Part shown: positions 51,252 to 64,000 of the stretch, piece by piece
Position numbering within the stretch: the stretch's first letter is position 1
How the letters are laid out: every line of letters begins with the position of its first letter
Origin: Ylistrum balloti
Taxonomy: Eukaryota
DNA: 64,000 nt
Assembly (NCBI RefSeq): GCF_031769215.1
Contig: NW_026782069.1
Span: 62,001-126,000, forward strand
Reading direction: 5' to 3'
Notes under the pieces: model-generated
What the model was told of the DNA's origin: nothing
Databases searched by the model: none
Seen by the model: the letters and a program-made list of their open reading frames with translations, nothing else
Translations under genes and position numbers: made by a program

Positions 51252-52077
51252 TGTGCAAAAATTTGTTTAGAGAACATCTATGAAAACAGATCTATATCCA
51301 AGACACTGCTGATGCAATAACTATATCAATTGAGCTGGTGTTAAATAAAAGTCAGATGAAAACCTGTTGTAACTTTATTGGTGATTTCTTATATAGCTCC
51401 TAAGTTAAAACATATTATACCCAGTTTCTTGTATATATTGTTGGATGTTTATATGTAAGATGTATTGATATTTCTGGACCAATCCTATCCTTAAATGCTT
51501 TGAATTATTATCATGTAAAACGATAGGTCCAAGATTGTTTTCTCTAAATCCAAACCTATAATTAGTTCTGGGATTGTTAGTCCTTTCAAAAAACATTTGT
51601 TTGTTTTGAAAGGGTTGAAGAAAATTGTCATTGTTTTGTAAACAGATGTGTGTACTTTTGTATTAAAAGAGTAATAGTGTATTAGTTTGGCGTATAAGGT
51701 TCAGTGAAGATGGCATGACTTAGAAGAATATGGCGGTGCAGACGTGTCCAATTACGGCTTGTAATGGAGTCTTTATAGACTAAACGTAAGAAAACAAACA
51801 CATGGAGTTCTGTTAGATCTGGTAGGTCAAGCAAAACGAAAGAAAAAACTCAGCTAGGAATTTGTTTGACAGATAGACCAATTAGCTTATGAGTTTTCTC
51901 TTAAGTGTATGTGTTGTGTCAAGGAACATAACATACTTACTTACTGGATGTTCTTTTAAATCTGTTTATAAATATACTAACAGCTCACAAATTCTACTTC
52001 AATTCGTCATTGTTGGAATTTGTTTCTCTTTGTTTTGTAAACATAAGATATATTCAATAGTGAACTAATGCTGTCTC

Positions 52078-53255
52078 TTAAATCCCAGGTCTATTACTTA
52101 AATCCCAGGTCTATTACTTAAATCCTAGGTCTGTTACATAAATCCCAGGTCTATTATTTAAATCTATTACTTAAATCCCAGGTCTATTACTTAAATCCTA
52201 GGTCTGTTACTTAAATCCTAGGTCTATTACTTAAATCCTTGGTTTATTACTTAAATCTTAGGTCTATTACTTAAATCCTTGGTTTATTACTTAAATCCTA
52301 GGTCTATTACTTAAATCCCAGGTCTATTACTTAAATCCCATGTCTATTACTTAAATCCCAGGTCTATTACTTAAATCCTAGGTCTGTTACTTAAATCCCA
52401 GGTCTATTACTTAAATCCCAGGTCTGTTACTTAAATCCTAGGTCTATTACTTAAATCCCAGGTCTATTACTTAAATCCTAGGTCTGTTACTTAAATCCCA
52501 GGTCTATTACTTAAATCCTAGGTCTGTTACTTAAATCCCAGGTCTATTACTTAAATCCCAGGTCTATTACTTAAATCCTAGGTCTGTTACTTAAATCCCA
52601 GGTCTATTACTTAAATCCTAGGTCTGTTACTTAAATCCTAGGTCTATTACTTAAATCCCAGGTCTATTACTTAAATCCTAGGTCTATTACTTAAATCCTT
52701 GGTTTATTACTTAAATCCTAGGTCTATTACTTAAATCCCAGGTCTATTACTTAAATCCTAGGTCTGTTACTTAAATCCCAGGTCTATTACTTAAATCCTA
52801 GGTCTGTTACTTAAATCCTAGGTCTATTACTTAAATCCTTGGTTTATTACTTAAATCCTAGGTCTATTACTTAAATCCCAGGTCTATTACTTAAATTCTA
52901 GGTCTGTTACTTAAATCCTAGGTCTATTACTTAAATCCTTGGTTTATTACTTAAATCCTAGGTCTATTACTTAAATCCTTGGTTTATTACTTAAATCCTA
53001 GGTCTATTACTTAAATCCTAGGTAAATTGTTGAAATCCTAGGTAATTTTGCTGAAATCCTAAGTCTATTTCTTAATTACTGTGTCTATTGATTAAATGTT
53101 AGGTCTATAACTTAAATCCTAGGTCTATAACTTAAATTCTAGGTAAATTGCTGAAATCCTAAGTCTATTTCTTAATTACTGTGTCTATTGATTAAATGTT
53201 AGGTCTATAACTTAATCCTAGGTCTGTCACTTAATCCTAGGTCTATCACTTAATC
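52078..53255. repeat. 20-bp minisatellite, ~48 core copies plus eroded right flank
   Basis: Monomer ttaaatcc(c/t)aggtct(a/g)ttac with variant ttaaatccttggtttattac. The diverged tail 53020-53200 is itself duplicated at ~120 bp spacing. Confidence 0.98.
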
Positions 53256-53469
53256 CTAGGTCTATTTATTCACTTTTTATTTCTCTGTTATGTAACAATT
53301 TGTCAAGGGTAAAAAACTGCTCGTTGCCATGCACATACCTTTGTAATATGTCATTGCTTAACTTCTTTTCGTATTTGATTGTCACAAAACTCCACTTGTA
53401 TCTTTACAAACATGTTTTAGCTTGTACACAGAGTTAAATACAGTCTCTGTCATGCAGCTGATGGAACAT

Positions 53470-53540
53470 GCTTCTTTAGCTCAGTTGCTAGAGCTGGTTA
53501 ATTATCAAGCGAAATATCTTGGTTCGAATCCTAATCTCTT
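53470..53540 (+). pseudogene. tRNA-derived SINE head or tRNA pseudogene
   Basis: gcttctttagctcagttgctagagc...ggttcgaatcc: A-box-like TAGCTCAGTTG and B-box GGTTCGAATCC at tRNA spacing; the stems do not pair. Confidence 0.5.
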
Positions 53541-55562
53541 GGCACTTGGTAGGAATATATAGTTTTCAATGTTCTTTTCCATACAATGTTTGTGTTTCGA
53601 CATGTTGGTGATGAAATGAGGTCACTGTTACTATAAATAGATTTTTCAAAATGTTATTCTCTTAAAACTTCGTTTCTTTCTGATTGTCTTGAAACTTGAA
53701 AGACACGTTCACCTTTGTTAGGAAACCAATTTAATTGCAGAGTGTAAGTGTGTGTATGAAGTTAGTGATTAAGAAATTGCTCTCTGTACAGCTGTTGTTT
53801 TAGCCACTTCATAGTCGCTTTATCGGTATTAAGAAAAAAATAATGTTAGTTTCATATCCTCTATCTTTTACACAGAAAATTTCTATTGTGATAAAAAGCT
53901 GTAACAGTATATGATAAATACATTGTAGGATCTCATACTTATACTCTTGGTATGAATTAAAATATTAGACTAAACGCAAATGACAAAAAACTTTCTGAAA
54001 TTTAACTGATTAACACAAAGACATTTGTACTTAATTGAATTTTTTAATGTCATAAATATCATTGTGTGTGGATTTAAAATGATTGTCTCTGTAGATTGAC
54101 TGTAGAAGACATTGTTTTTATAGGAGTTGTTGACTTTTGATATTTTAGGGATTAGCAGAGAGACTAACTGACTCCAATTCTCTTAGTGGTATAACAGAAT
54201 CAGTGAACAGGTCTACATTAGCAGTTCCGTGGCAGGTTGTTAAACTTCGCAAATTCACTGATCATTGTCAACAGTTCTGATTTACGGTGACCTTAACATA
54301 ATATTGTTTTGTTCGGTTAAAACCAGAGTCACTCTGATAGAACAATATCAAGAGGTAGGGAGCGCCTACTAATAAAGACAACAGCGTATGTACGTGTATA
54401 TTGATAAAACGACTTCTGGGTATGTCGTCGGAGCCGATAACATCTTTCACCTGTCTGACAAATTGGTATAAATACAGGTATTATAGATAGGAAGTAATCA
54501 GCTAGAGAGATACCTGGACAGGTAAATTAATAGTTGGATAAAAAACAGACATTGTCTGGATGTCATTCTGATCTATATTGTTCATATATACCATGATTGG
54601 CACATTAATCAGTTAAAAAAGTGATACAACACTGATAAGCTTATATCATTTATATTGTACAGCTACCTGTCATCAGATTTCATATGGAGGTGTTGACTCA
54701 CTTGTACCATTCCAGGTAAAATAGACTGACCTTAGCTTATAGGTCACACCTTCTGAAAGGTCAAACTCAATATCTGGGTGATAATTAGGGTCATTAATTT
54801 TCTTCTGTGTTTATTTAGATCATCAGGTGAGGTAATTAAAAATCCTAATTGGCTCTAATCAAATGTAATTACCTTTGATCTGGATACAGTTAACACATAG
54901 CTCTATCACCTGGTAAAGGTGTTATATGTACAGGTATGTCAATGTGTTATAGTACAGGGTCGTGTCTTATTATATCAGTTCACAACATTTGTAGATTACC
55001 AAGCAACGATGTAACTTCTGGAATTCTGATATTGTCATCACTGTGATACTATACTGCTAGTTATAATTTGAATATATTGGAGCTAGCTGATACAAAAACT
55101 TTGACATCACAAATAATCAGGTATTTATTCTTTTCACTAATTATAATAAGCTAACATTTTTGATAAATAACATCCAGGTTGTTTGATAATTAATGATGTT
55201 TGATATATTACAATCAATCGACTGTATCTCCTATGATAATGAAGAACTTTAATTGACTGAATTAATGTCATTTTTTAAAATTCAGTAAATGAGTGGGGAC
55301 TGCCCAGTGGTCACAGCTATTTAAGAATCTGTTTTGTTATAACGCTTAATTAGGACAACACTCCAGTACTGGTTTGATAAGATAAAACAGTGTTATCTAA
55401 TCTTAACATGGTAATTCGTCATGGAGTCTAATTTCCTAAGAGTCTGTGCAACATAATGTTTGTTGTTGTTTATTCAAGAAAAAACAATGAAAAACAGAAA
55501 TTGATTAATGAATAGTTCTGGTACTTTTGTAATAGGAAGGAGTAATGTAAACACAATTGGAA

Positions 55563-55612
55563 TGCCCCTGGTGGGGATTGAACTAGCAACCTTTTGGTCT
55601 TTAGCCGGACAC
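55563..55612 (-). pseudogene. tRNA-like 3' half remnant
   Basis: Minus strand ggttgctagttcaatccccaccaggggca contains a B-box-like GTTCAATCC and a T-stem remnant. Confidence 0.4.
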
Positions 55613-55849
55613 TACTGTTAAAGGGAGATTCCCCCTAGCTGTGACTTGTAAGGCCATCTGTAACATCAACTTCTACACATTTACAGATTTTCTGTGTTGA
55701 TATCTTAACAGTGTTACTCTATATACATGTATAAACTTCATTTTTTTATGATGGAAGCATCTTTTAAAGTTTTTATGTATAATCTGTGAAAATAGATAAT
55801 ACAGCTGATCACGTTTAATAGTATACTCCTAATTAAAGGGAAGTTTTTA

Positions 55850-55922
55850 TTAGTGGTATGGGAGAGTGTTTACTAGGGTCTTGTAAGCAGAAGGTCTCGG
55901 GTTCGAATCTCAGCAGGGGCAC
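55850..55922 (+). pseudogene. tRNA-Thr(TGT)-like remnant / SINE head
   Basis: gggtcttgtaagcagaaggtctcgggttcgaatctcagcaggggca resembles the tRNA-Thr anticodon loop (CTTGTAA) and T arm (GGTTCGAATC). The 5' half is decayed. Confidence 0.5.
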
Positions 55923-56839
55923 TGTAACTTTTTCATTAATCCTTTTAATTGTGATAGTAGTTATGAGTTTAATAAACAGTGGTATTGGTTTTTTAGTATC
56001 ATATTTTTCACTTGTGATATGCCTCTCGGAAGGCACACACTTCAGAGAAGACTCATGCAGACATCATTGACAGCTGTCAATAGGTCAAGCTGATCTATAC
56101 AAATATTGACAATGTCATCGACAAAAAAATCAATACTATGTACCAGAGTTATCCCCCTTGATGTCATGTTATAAATGTCAATCGGGCCATAGTACGAAGT
56201 CTATTAATGCTGCAGAAATACAGTGATACAGTTACCTTTTATTTCAAGGGAAAACTGAGATATACCTTAAATCTCCTGATCATGTCTTTTCTTCTAGACC
56301 CTAGCTTACCTGATTTAATTCTGTGATTTATTGTGAGGTAAAATTTCATTGTTGTAGAAGAACACCATTATGTCATCGTGAAACTTTAATCTAATCTGGC
56401 TTTACCTGATATCTGAAAATGTCAAGTCTATTTCCTTATCTAAAGTGAAATCAATATTTGTGTACTTTGGCGTGATTAGTGGGGATTATATCATTGTGAT
56501 TCTGCTATAGTGTTGCACCTCCAGGTATTTTAACTATTTTAATGGGCATTTTCTTTGTCAATTTATTAGAGTTTCCTTGAGCTCTGTTCATAAAAAAATT
56601 ACTATGTAAAAAACATGTACATACACTGCATATTTGAACTGATAAGTGCACCAACACTTTTTCACAGGTTTGAGGTCATCAAAATATAAATTAAAAGAAA
56701 TTTGGTCCATTTCTGTTGTTACATGGTTAGACCTTAATTATTGAGTATACTTTGTAGCACATACACTGCCTTCAAAATGACTTGTGTAGAATTTGTCTGG
56801 AAATGAAGATGAGGTCAATAGACATGTTGCCCAGAGACT

Positions 56840-59620
56840 GAACAATACAAATATTGCTCTGTGATAGAACAGTACAAATATTGCTCTGTGATAGAACAGT
56901 ACAAATATTGCTCTGTGATAGAACAGTACAAATATTACTCTGTGATAGAACAGTACAAATATTACTCTGTGATAGAACAGTACAAATATTACTCAGTGAT
57001 AGAACAGTACAAATATTGCTCTGTGATAGAACAATACAAATATTGCTCTGTGATAGAACAGTACAAATATTGCTCTGTGATAGAACAGTACAAATATTGC
57101 TCTGTGATAGAACATTACTCTGTGTAGAACAGTACAAATATTACTCTGTGTAGAACAGTACAAATATTACTCTGTGACAGAACAGTACAAATATTGCTCT
57201 GTGATAGAACAGTACAAATATTACTCTGTGATAGAACAGTACAAATATTACTCTGTGATAGAACAGTACAAATATTGCTCTGTGATAGAACAGTACAAAT
57301 ATTACTCTGTGATAGAACAGTACAAATATTGCTCTGTGATAGAACAGTACAAATATTGCTCTGTGATAGAACAGTACAAATATTGCTCTGTGATAGAACA
57401 GTACAAATATTGCTCTGTGATAGAACAATACAAATATTGCTCTGTGATAGAACAATACAAATATTGCTCTGTGATAGAACAGTACAAATATTACTCTGTG
57501 ATAGAACAGTACAAATATTACTCTGTGATAGAACAATACAAATATTGCTCTGTGATAGAACAGTACAAATATTGCTCTGTGATAGAACAGTACAAATATT
57601 GCTCTGTGATAGAACAGTACAAATATTACTCTGTGATAGAACAGTACAAATATTACTCTGTGATAGAACATTACTCTGTGATAGAACATTACTCTGTGAT
57701 AGAACAGTACAAATATTACTCTGTGATAGAACAGTACAAATATTACTCTGTGATAGAACAATACAAATATTGCTCTGTGTAGAACAGTACAAATATTACT
57801 CTGTGATAGAACAGTACAAATATTACTCTGTGATAGAACAATACAAATATTACTCTGTGATAGAACAGTACAAATATTACTCTGTGATAGAACAGTACAA
57901 ATATTACTCTGTGATAGAACAGTACAACTCTGTGATATACAAATACTCTGTGATAGAACAGTACAAATACTCTGTGATACTCTCTGTGATAGAACAGTAC
58001 AAATATTACTCTGTGATAGAACATTACTCTGTGATAGACTCTGTGATAGAACAGTACAAATATTACTCTGTGATAGAACAGTACAAATATTACTCTGTGA
58101 TAGAACAGTACAAATATTACTCTGTGATAGAACATTACTCTGTGATAGAACAGTACAAATATTGCTCTGTGATAGAACAGTACAAATATTACTCTGTGAT
58201 AGATAGAACATATTACTCTGTGATAGAACAGATACAAATATTACTCTGTGATAGAACAAATATTACTCTGTGATAGAACAGTACAAATATTACTCTGTGA
58301 TAGAACAGTACAAATATTACTCTGTGATAGAACAGTACAAATATTACTCTGTGATAGAACAGTACAAATATTACTCTGTGATAGAACAGTACAAATATTA
58401 CTCTGTGATAGAACATTACTCTGTGATAGAACAGTACAAATATTACTCTGTGATAGAACAGTACAAATATTACTCTGTGATAGAACAGTACAAATATTAC
58501 TCTGTGATAGAACAGTACAAATATTACTCTGTGATAGAACATTACTCTGTGATAGAACATTACTCTGTGATAGAACAGTACAAATATTACTCTGTGATAG
58601 AACAGTACAAATATTACTCTGTGATAGAACAGTACAAATATTACTCAGTGATAGAACAGTACAAATATTACTCAGTGATAGAACAGTACAAATATTACTC
58701 TGTGATAGAACAGTACAAATATTACTCTGTGATAGAACAGTACAAATATTACTCTGTGATAGAACAGTACAAATATTACTCTGTGATAGAACAGTACAAA
58801 TATTGCTCTGTGATAGAACAGTACATAATACTCTGTGATAGCTCTGTGATAGAACAGTACAAATATTGCTCTGTGATACTCTGTGATAGAACAGTACAAA
58901 TATTGCTCTGTGATAGAACAGTACAAATATTACTCTGTGATAGAACAGTACAAATATTACTCTGTGATAGAACAGTACAAATATTGCTCTGTGATAGAAC
59001 AGTACAAATATTGCTCTGTGATAGAACAGTACAAATATTGCTCTGTGATAGAACAGTACAAATATTGCTCTGTGATAGAACAGTACAAATATTACTCTGT
59101 GATAGAACAGTACAAATATTGCTCTGTGATAGAACAGTACAAATATTACTCTGTGATAGAACAGTACAAATATTACTCTGTGATAGAACAGTACAAATAT
59201 TACTCTGTGATAGAACAATACAAATATTACTCTGTGATAGAACAGTACAAATATTGCTCTGTGATAGAACAGTACAAATATTACTCTGTGATAGAACATT
59301 ACTCTGTGATAGAACAGTACAAATATTAGTACAAACATTACTCTGTGATAGAACAGTACAAATATTAGAACTCAAATATTGTGATAGAACTGTGATACAA
59401 ATATTACTCTGTGATAGAACAGTACAAATATTACTCTGTGATAGAACAGTACAAATATTGCTCTGTGATAGAACAGTACAAATATTACTCTGTGATAGAA
59501 CAGTACAAATATTGCTCTGTGATAGAACAGTACAAATATTACTCTGTGATAGAACAGTACAAATATTACTCTGTGATAGAACAGTACAAATATTGCTCTG
59601 TGATAGAACATTACTCTGTT
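56840..59620. repeat. 27-bp minisatellite, ~100 copies
   Basis: Monomer ctctgtgatagaacagtacaaatatt(a/g), with an 18-bp deletion variant ctctgtgatagaacatta. It explains all ORFs from 56.7 to 59.7 kb. Confidence 0.98.
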
Positions 59621-60395
59621 CATACTGATTTTGCAGTACTTAAACTATTGAGAGAATTTGCTCTGTGATAGGTAACACCTGTTAGAACAGTACCTCTGAC
59701 TTGATGACACAATATTTTTATATGGAATTAACATGAATTTTGATTTAAAATAAACATAAGCCTGTGACAGGTATTACCAGTAAGGTACGGCTGTGACAGG
59801 TATAAGTAATGCATATATTCTAATGTGTTTACCAAGGAGAATGATTAAAATGCAAAACACCACTCATATACTCTATTTAGTTTTTTAAACTTTTACAAAT
59901 GCATTTCAATGGCATCAGCTCAAACTGCAACAGAGCTATGCCAATGAAGGAGAAATTGAATTTTGTCTGACGAGTTTGATAATACACAGTTTAACAGTGA
60001 CAGGAGGGTGTACTATTTATATAGGGGATGCAGGTATTATGTGGAGTCCTTGGCAATGAATTATATATGCACACTTCTATAGGGCTTTGTCCTGTGTATG
60101 AGTATCCTAAGTCAGGGTGGCAAAGTAAATTGAAAAGAAATGTTCAACCATATTGTAAGAATATATTAGCTTCATAATAAAAATTGAAAAGAATATTCAC
60201 TGCACATCTTTCAGGTAAATATTGACATACTTAGGTAGACTAAAGATGTCTGGATGACAGTTTAAACAGAGGTAAAAAAAAAGCTGGAGATTATAGAGGA
60301 CACTTGGCATATGTCTGTAAGTCCAGGAGAGTTAAAACATTTCTTGATAAAATTAAAAAAATTCAGGCAAGTTGATGTGTTGATATACTTGTCAA

Positions 60396-60441
60396 TCATT
60401 CATTCATTCATTCATTCATTCATTCATTCATTCATTCATTT
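60396..60441. repeat. (TTCA)n microsatellite
   Basis: About 11 perfect tetranucleotide units. Confidence 0.95.
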
Positions 60442-60517
60442 CCATAGTTTATTCTCGTACATTTATATGTAAATTTTTAATTTATATATACCTACCATTT
60501 TCATTCTTTGATTTCAG

Positions 60518-60590
60518 GTCAGTTGTTAGTGGTGATTGTGGATTTACATGTATTTATCAACATCTCCATGACAACTATAATACCAACCAG
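60518..60590 (+). CDS. Candidate 73-nt internal coding exon, product unknown
   Basis: ttttcattctttgatttcag|...|gtaaga has the best splice-site pair in the window. Open frame (x)SVVSGDCGFTCIYQHLHDNYNTNQ (phase 2 to 0); a second frame is also open. No family recognised. Confidence 0.45.
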
Positions 60591-60654
60591 GTAAGACATC
60601 TTTAATGGTAATTTGTTTCTGATATATATTTAATGGAAATGAAAACAGGGTCAG

Positions 60655-62299
60655 TTTTTAGCTCATCTGGCCTGAAGGAGCAGTGAGCAGAGTTTGTCTT
60701 TGTCATCTATCTTCCTTCAACTTTCTCTTAAATATTGTTAATGAGTCATGAGCAACTAAACAGATTTTCATCAAATTTGGACAGAAGCATCTTTAGGGGA
60801 AAAAGGACAAATTTATATAAATCAAGGGGTTTGGCCCCCCGAGGAATGAGGGGCAGGGCCCAAAATGACGGTTACCAGTTCTTTACAATTCTACTCCACC
60901 TGTAGGATTGATTGGATTTTGCCCATATTTGGTTTGAAGCAGCCTTGGGTGAAGGAGAATCCATTATGTGTAAAAGTAATGTCTTGGCTAGTGCTGTAAC
61001 GATAGGTCTGAGTAGTAAGATGTCAATAGCATATTTATAAGGTGATAAATATAGCAATGAGTCAAACAATTGATTGTTAACGATAGTTTTTTTTTCTATT
61101 CTAAACAAAAACCAATTACAAGCCAGGTTTTTCACATAGTGCTGTGTGCATGTGTTTGTTTATTTGATAAAGCTGTTTATTTGATAAAGCTGTTTATTTG
61201 ATAAAGCTGTTTATTTGATAAAGCTGTTTATTTGTTGAAGCGTTTTTTGAATCACAATCATGGTGCCTCTGAATACAGGAATGGTACAACATACCTGGTG
61301 ATTAGAATAAAAATATTTAAGCACATGTTGTTACATTGATGCATGTTTATACTATAAATAAGTGTTACATTGCTGTTTTTTCTGATAGGGTTTAATTAAA
61401 GTCACATAATATACATTATAAGGAGATGCTGACTTATCTTACTCTGTGTATGTTTTTTAGCTCCATCCTTCAATTGTACGAGGGAGGAGAGAGAGGTTGT
61501 TGGAAATGTCCCAATTTGCCATTATCATTAAAACAGCATGTTGGCAGCCATATCTTTGACATGGATATATTATATCAAATTTGGTCTGAAGCATTCTGAG
61601 GGGAAGGGGACTCAATTTTATACAAACAGTTCATCTCTGCCCCACGGGGTCAGAGGGACAGGCCCCTATAAGGGAAATGGAGCATATGATTTAAAATTCT
61701 TCTTCTGTTAGAATGTCAGGATTTTCTCCTAATTTGGTCTGAAGCATACTTGGGTGAAGGGGAATCAGATTTGTGTTGACGGTGGCTGTCTCATCTCCAT
61801 CGGTGGGAATTAGGGCCCATTAGGGGAAATAGAGCGAATTCCCAATTCAGTTTGAGGCATGCTGGGGTGAATTAATTTTGTATACACAAAAAAGTCTCTG
61901 TCTCTGGGATGGGAGGGGGTTGGGTTTGGGGATGTGGTTACCAATAACAGAAAAATCTTCCTTCTTCCGTAGGAATGACAGAATTCTGTCCCAATTTGGT
62001 CTGAAGTATCTTTGGATGAAGGAAAATTGATTTTGTGTAAGCTTATGTTCTTGTCCAAGAAGTGAAGAAGGGACAATGTGCAAAAGAGGAAATGGAGCAA
62101 ATTTTAATAAATCTCTTCTGTAGGAATGATAGGAGTCTCTCCCAATTTAGTCTGATTTAATTTTGGGTAAAGGGTAATTTTGTATCAGAAGTTTCTCTGA
62201 CTCTCTGGGGCTAAACCTTTAAAATTTTGTTTCTTTTAATCTTGATTAAGCAATTTCATCAAGACAAGTGAGCGACACAGACCCTGTGGGCCTCTTGTT
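60655..62299 (+). mobile_element. HINE-like element(s), same family as 39919-40830, interrupted by ~550 bp of unrelated sequence
   Basis: 5' tttttagctcatctggcctgaaggagcagtgagc. ~150-bp units are marked by atttggtctgaagcat at ~60775, 60928, 61580, 61731, 61845, 61993 and 62147. The 3' end is gtgagcgacacagaccctgtgggcctcttgtt. A second ttttttagctc at 61453 may be an independent 5' end. Confidence 0.75.
61157..61235. repeat. 17-bp tandem repeat, 4.5 copies
   Basis: tgtttatttgataaagc x4 plus a partial copy. Confidence 0.93.
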
Positions 62300-64000
62300 A
62301 AGCTCTCACCATATAGTTACAACATTAGAACTTAACTTATGATTGGAGAAACATGTTAAACACATTTTAAACATCATTTCTGGGACTGTATTAGATGACT
62401 GATCATTGTATATTGTGTATAAACCTGTACTGTCTGCAGTAGTAGACTATCAAATGTAGCATGTCAATTCTCAGCACATTAATTTTGAAAATGCTGTGAT
62501 CACACTCACTAGTGCTCTAGATATAATGCTACTGATTCTCAATGGTCATATGTTATTTGAGGCAGGATGAACATTTCTAAGATAATACTAATCTCTTTGT
62601 AGTGATATCTCAATGAATGCTTTTGTTGGTTGTTGTGTTTTTTATGACCATGCTGTTTGTATCGTTCTGTTGAATACCAGGTGAGAATGCAGGCCCATTT
62701 GGCCTCTTGTATGGAATGAGAGGAAAATCTCCCACAAAGTACTAATCTCTTTGTATTCATTGTTATATGAATGCAGTTTGTTGTGTGAGTATTTATGGAT
62801 AGTATATACCCTCTAGATACTTTTGGAATCTCCATACCAACAGACTAGTTACCATGACAACAGAAATGGTTTGATACAAGATGACAAGGACAAGTTTGGA
62901 TGTGTACCTTAGTGTGAGTTGGTAGTGGTGACAGCTATACTTGATTATATTAGCCTTTCAGAACTGACCCTTTAAGATAGTCTAAGTCTGTTGTGGGTAA
63001 ATTCAGTTCTTGGGGTGGTCTTCACAGCACAAATATTGGCACACTTCTCAGCTTAGAGTTTTATACTAACACTATAGACTAGTGGTTCCAGCCAAACTGT
63101 ATACTCTTGTTGTTAATGATAAACCAATATTTAGTTATAGACAAGGTGTTCTGGTCAGTAAGGTGGAGGGTTTGTCTTCACCTTATCAATGATAAGTTAT
63201 TGTTAAATACTCCAAATTCATTGCAAACCTGTGAAAGTGGTCCTGTGTATTTTTTCAATCACTTTTCCAATTTAATAACAAATTCTTGTGATTCAATAAC
63301 CGACAAAGATGGCGTAATGTTTTTCTAACAGATCTAGAGGAGTCTGTTTACCCGTTTTCATGGCTGTGTGAGTGTTACTTCACTGGTAATTGGTTTTGGT
63401 AAGAGGTAGGGATTAAGGTTATGTAAAACCTCTCTAACAAATCTCTCTCTTTGTGTAGCCGTCGTAAATAGGACCAAATTTAATCAATATGGCGTTGATT
63501 TTCTAATCTGTAAATGCTACACTTCCCTTGGCACAAAAGCTGAGTTATCAAGAATTTTGTTAATTTCATTTTACTAATTGACATCAAATCAGTGACTTCA
63601 GGTATGGTCTACATTTGATGAAAAAACATGAGAACGGGAAGTTCTCACAGAGACATAAAGATAATTTGAAAAAATTAAGTTTAAAGACTTAATTCAAGAT
63701 GCCATAAAAATAAATTGCAATTTGACAAGAGAATTCTATAAAGCATGTTCCGAAGACAAGACTTAAGCAAAGTTATGATGTCTATGTTTCATTACCTAAA
63801 TGACCTTTGATAATATTTAACTATCACTTATATATTGTATCGTGTTAACCTGTGGAAGAACAATATTTGACCACCAAACATTTACTGTGTTACGATGAAT
63901 AGCTAGTATATTGATCAGTTTAAATAACTATTGCGTAATGTATCAGCTTACAATATAAAGTGGGTCGAATCGTGTTTCAACATTTGTATAGTATAGAATA

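Noticed and set aside
56772-59668. Many long ORFs on both strands (SVIEQYKYY, LLCDRTVQI, VLSQSNICT repeats)
   Set aside because: Translations of a 27-bp minisatellite with frequent frame-breaking indels; open in several frames and strands at once.

Overview
AT-rich eukaryotic genomic DNA. The repeat families present suggest a bivalve mollusc, possibly scallop-like; this is inference from recalled repeat consensuses, not a database result. There is no long protein-coding exon and no intact gene I can name. About 20 kb (~30%, summed by hand) is occupied by ~18 mutually unrelated minisatellite arrays (monomers 20-67 bp), and these explain every long ORF in the supplied track. Recognisable mobile elements, all decayed or non-autonomous: a 5'-truncated Penelope-like reverse-transcriptase remnant (~1915-2410, minus); a Tc1/mariner transposase pseudogene (50263-51251); two or three Helentron/HINE-like elements with ~150-160 bp internal repeats (39919-40830, 60655-62299); and several tRNA-derived SINE heads or remnants. 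CpG is frequent up to ~13 kb and strongly depleted from ~13.4 to ~63 kb, consistent with a methylated long-intron gene body. Only short candidate exons are visible there, on both strands, so the host gene and its orientation are unresolved. I did not find a convincing new biological system. The best leads are: repeated SINE-minisatellite junctions; a conserved, possibly structured 3'-terminal motif of the Penelope-like element present twice; dense two-strand CAGGTR motif clusters; and a compact minus-strand micro-exon gene candidate at 1.7-3.2 kb.
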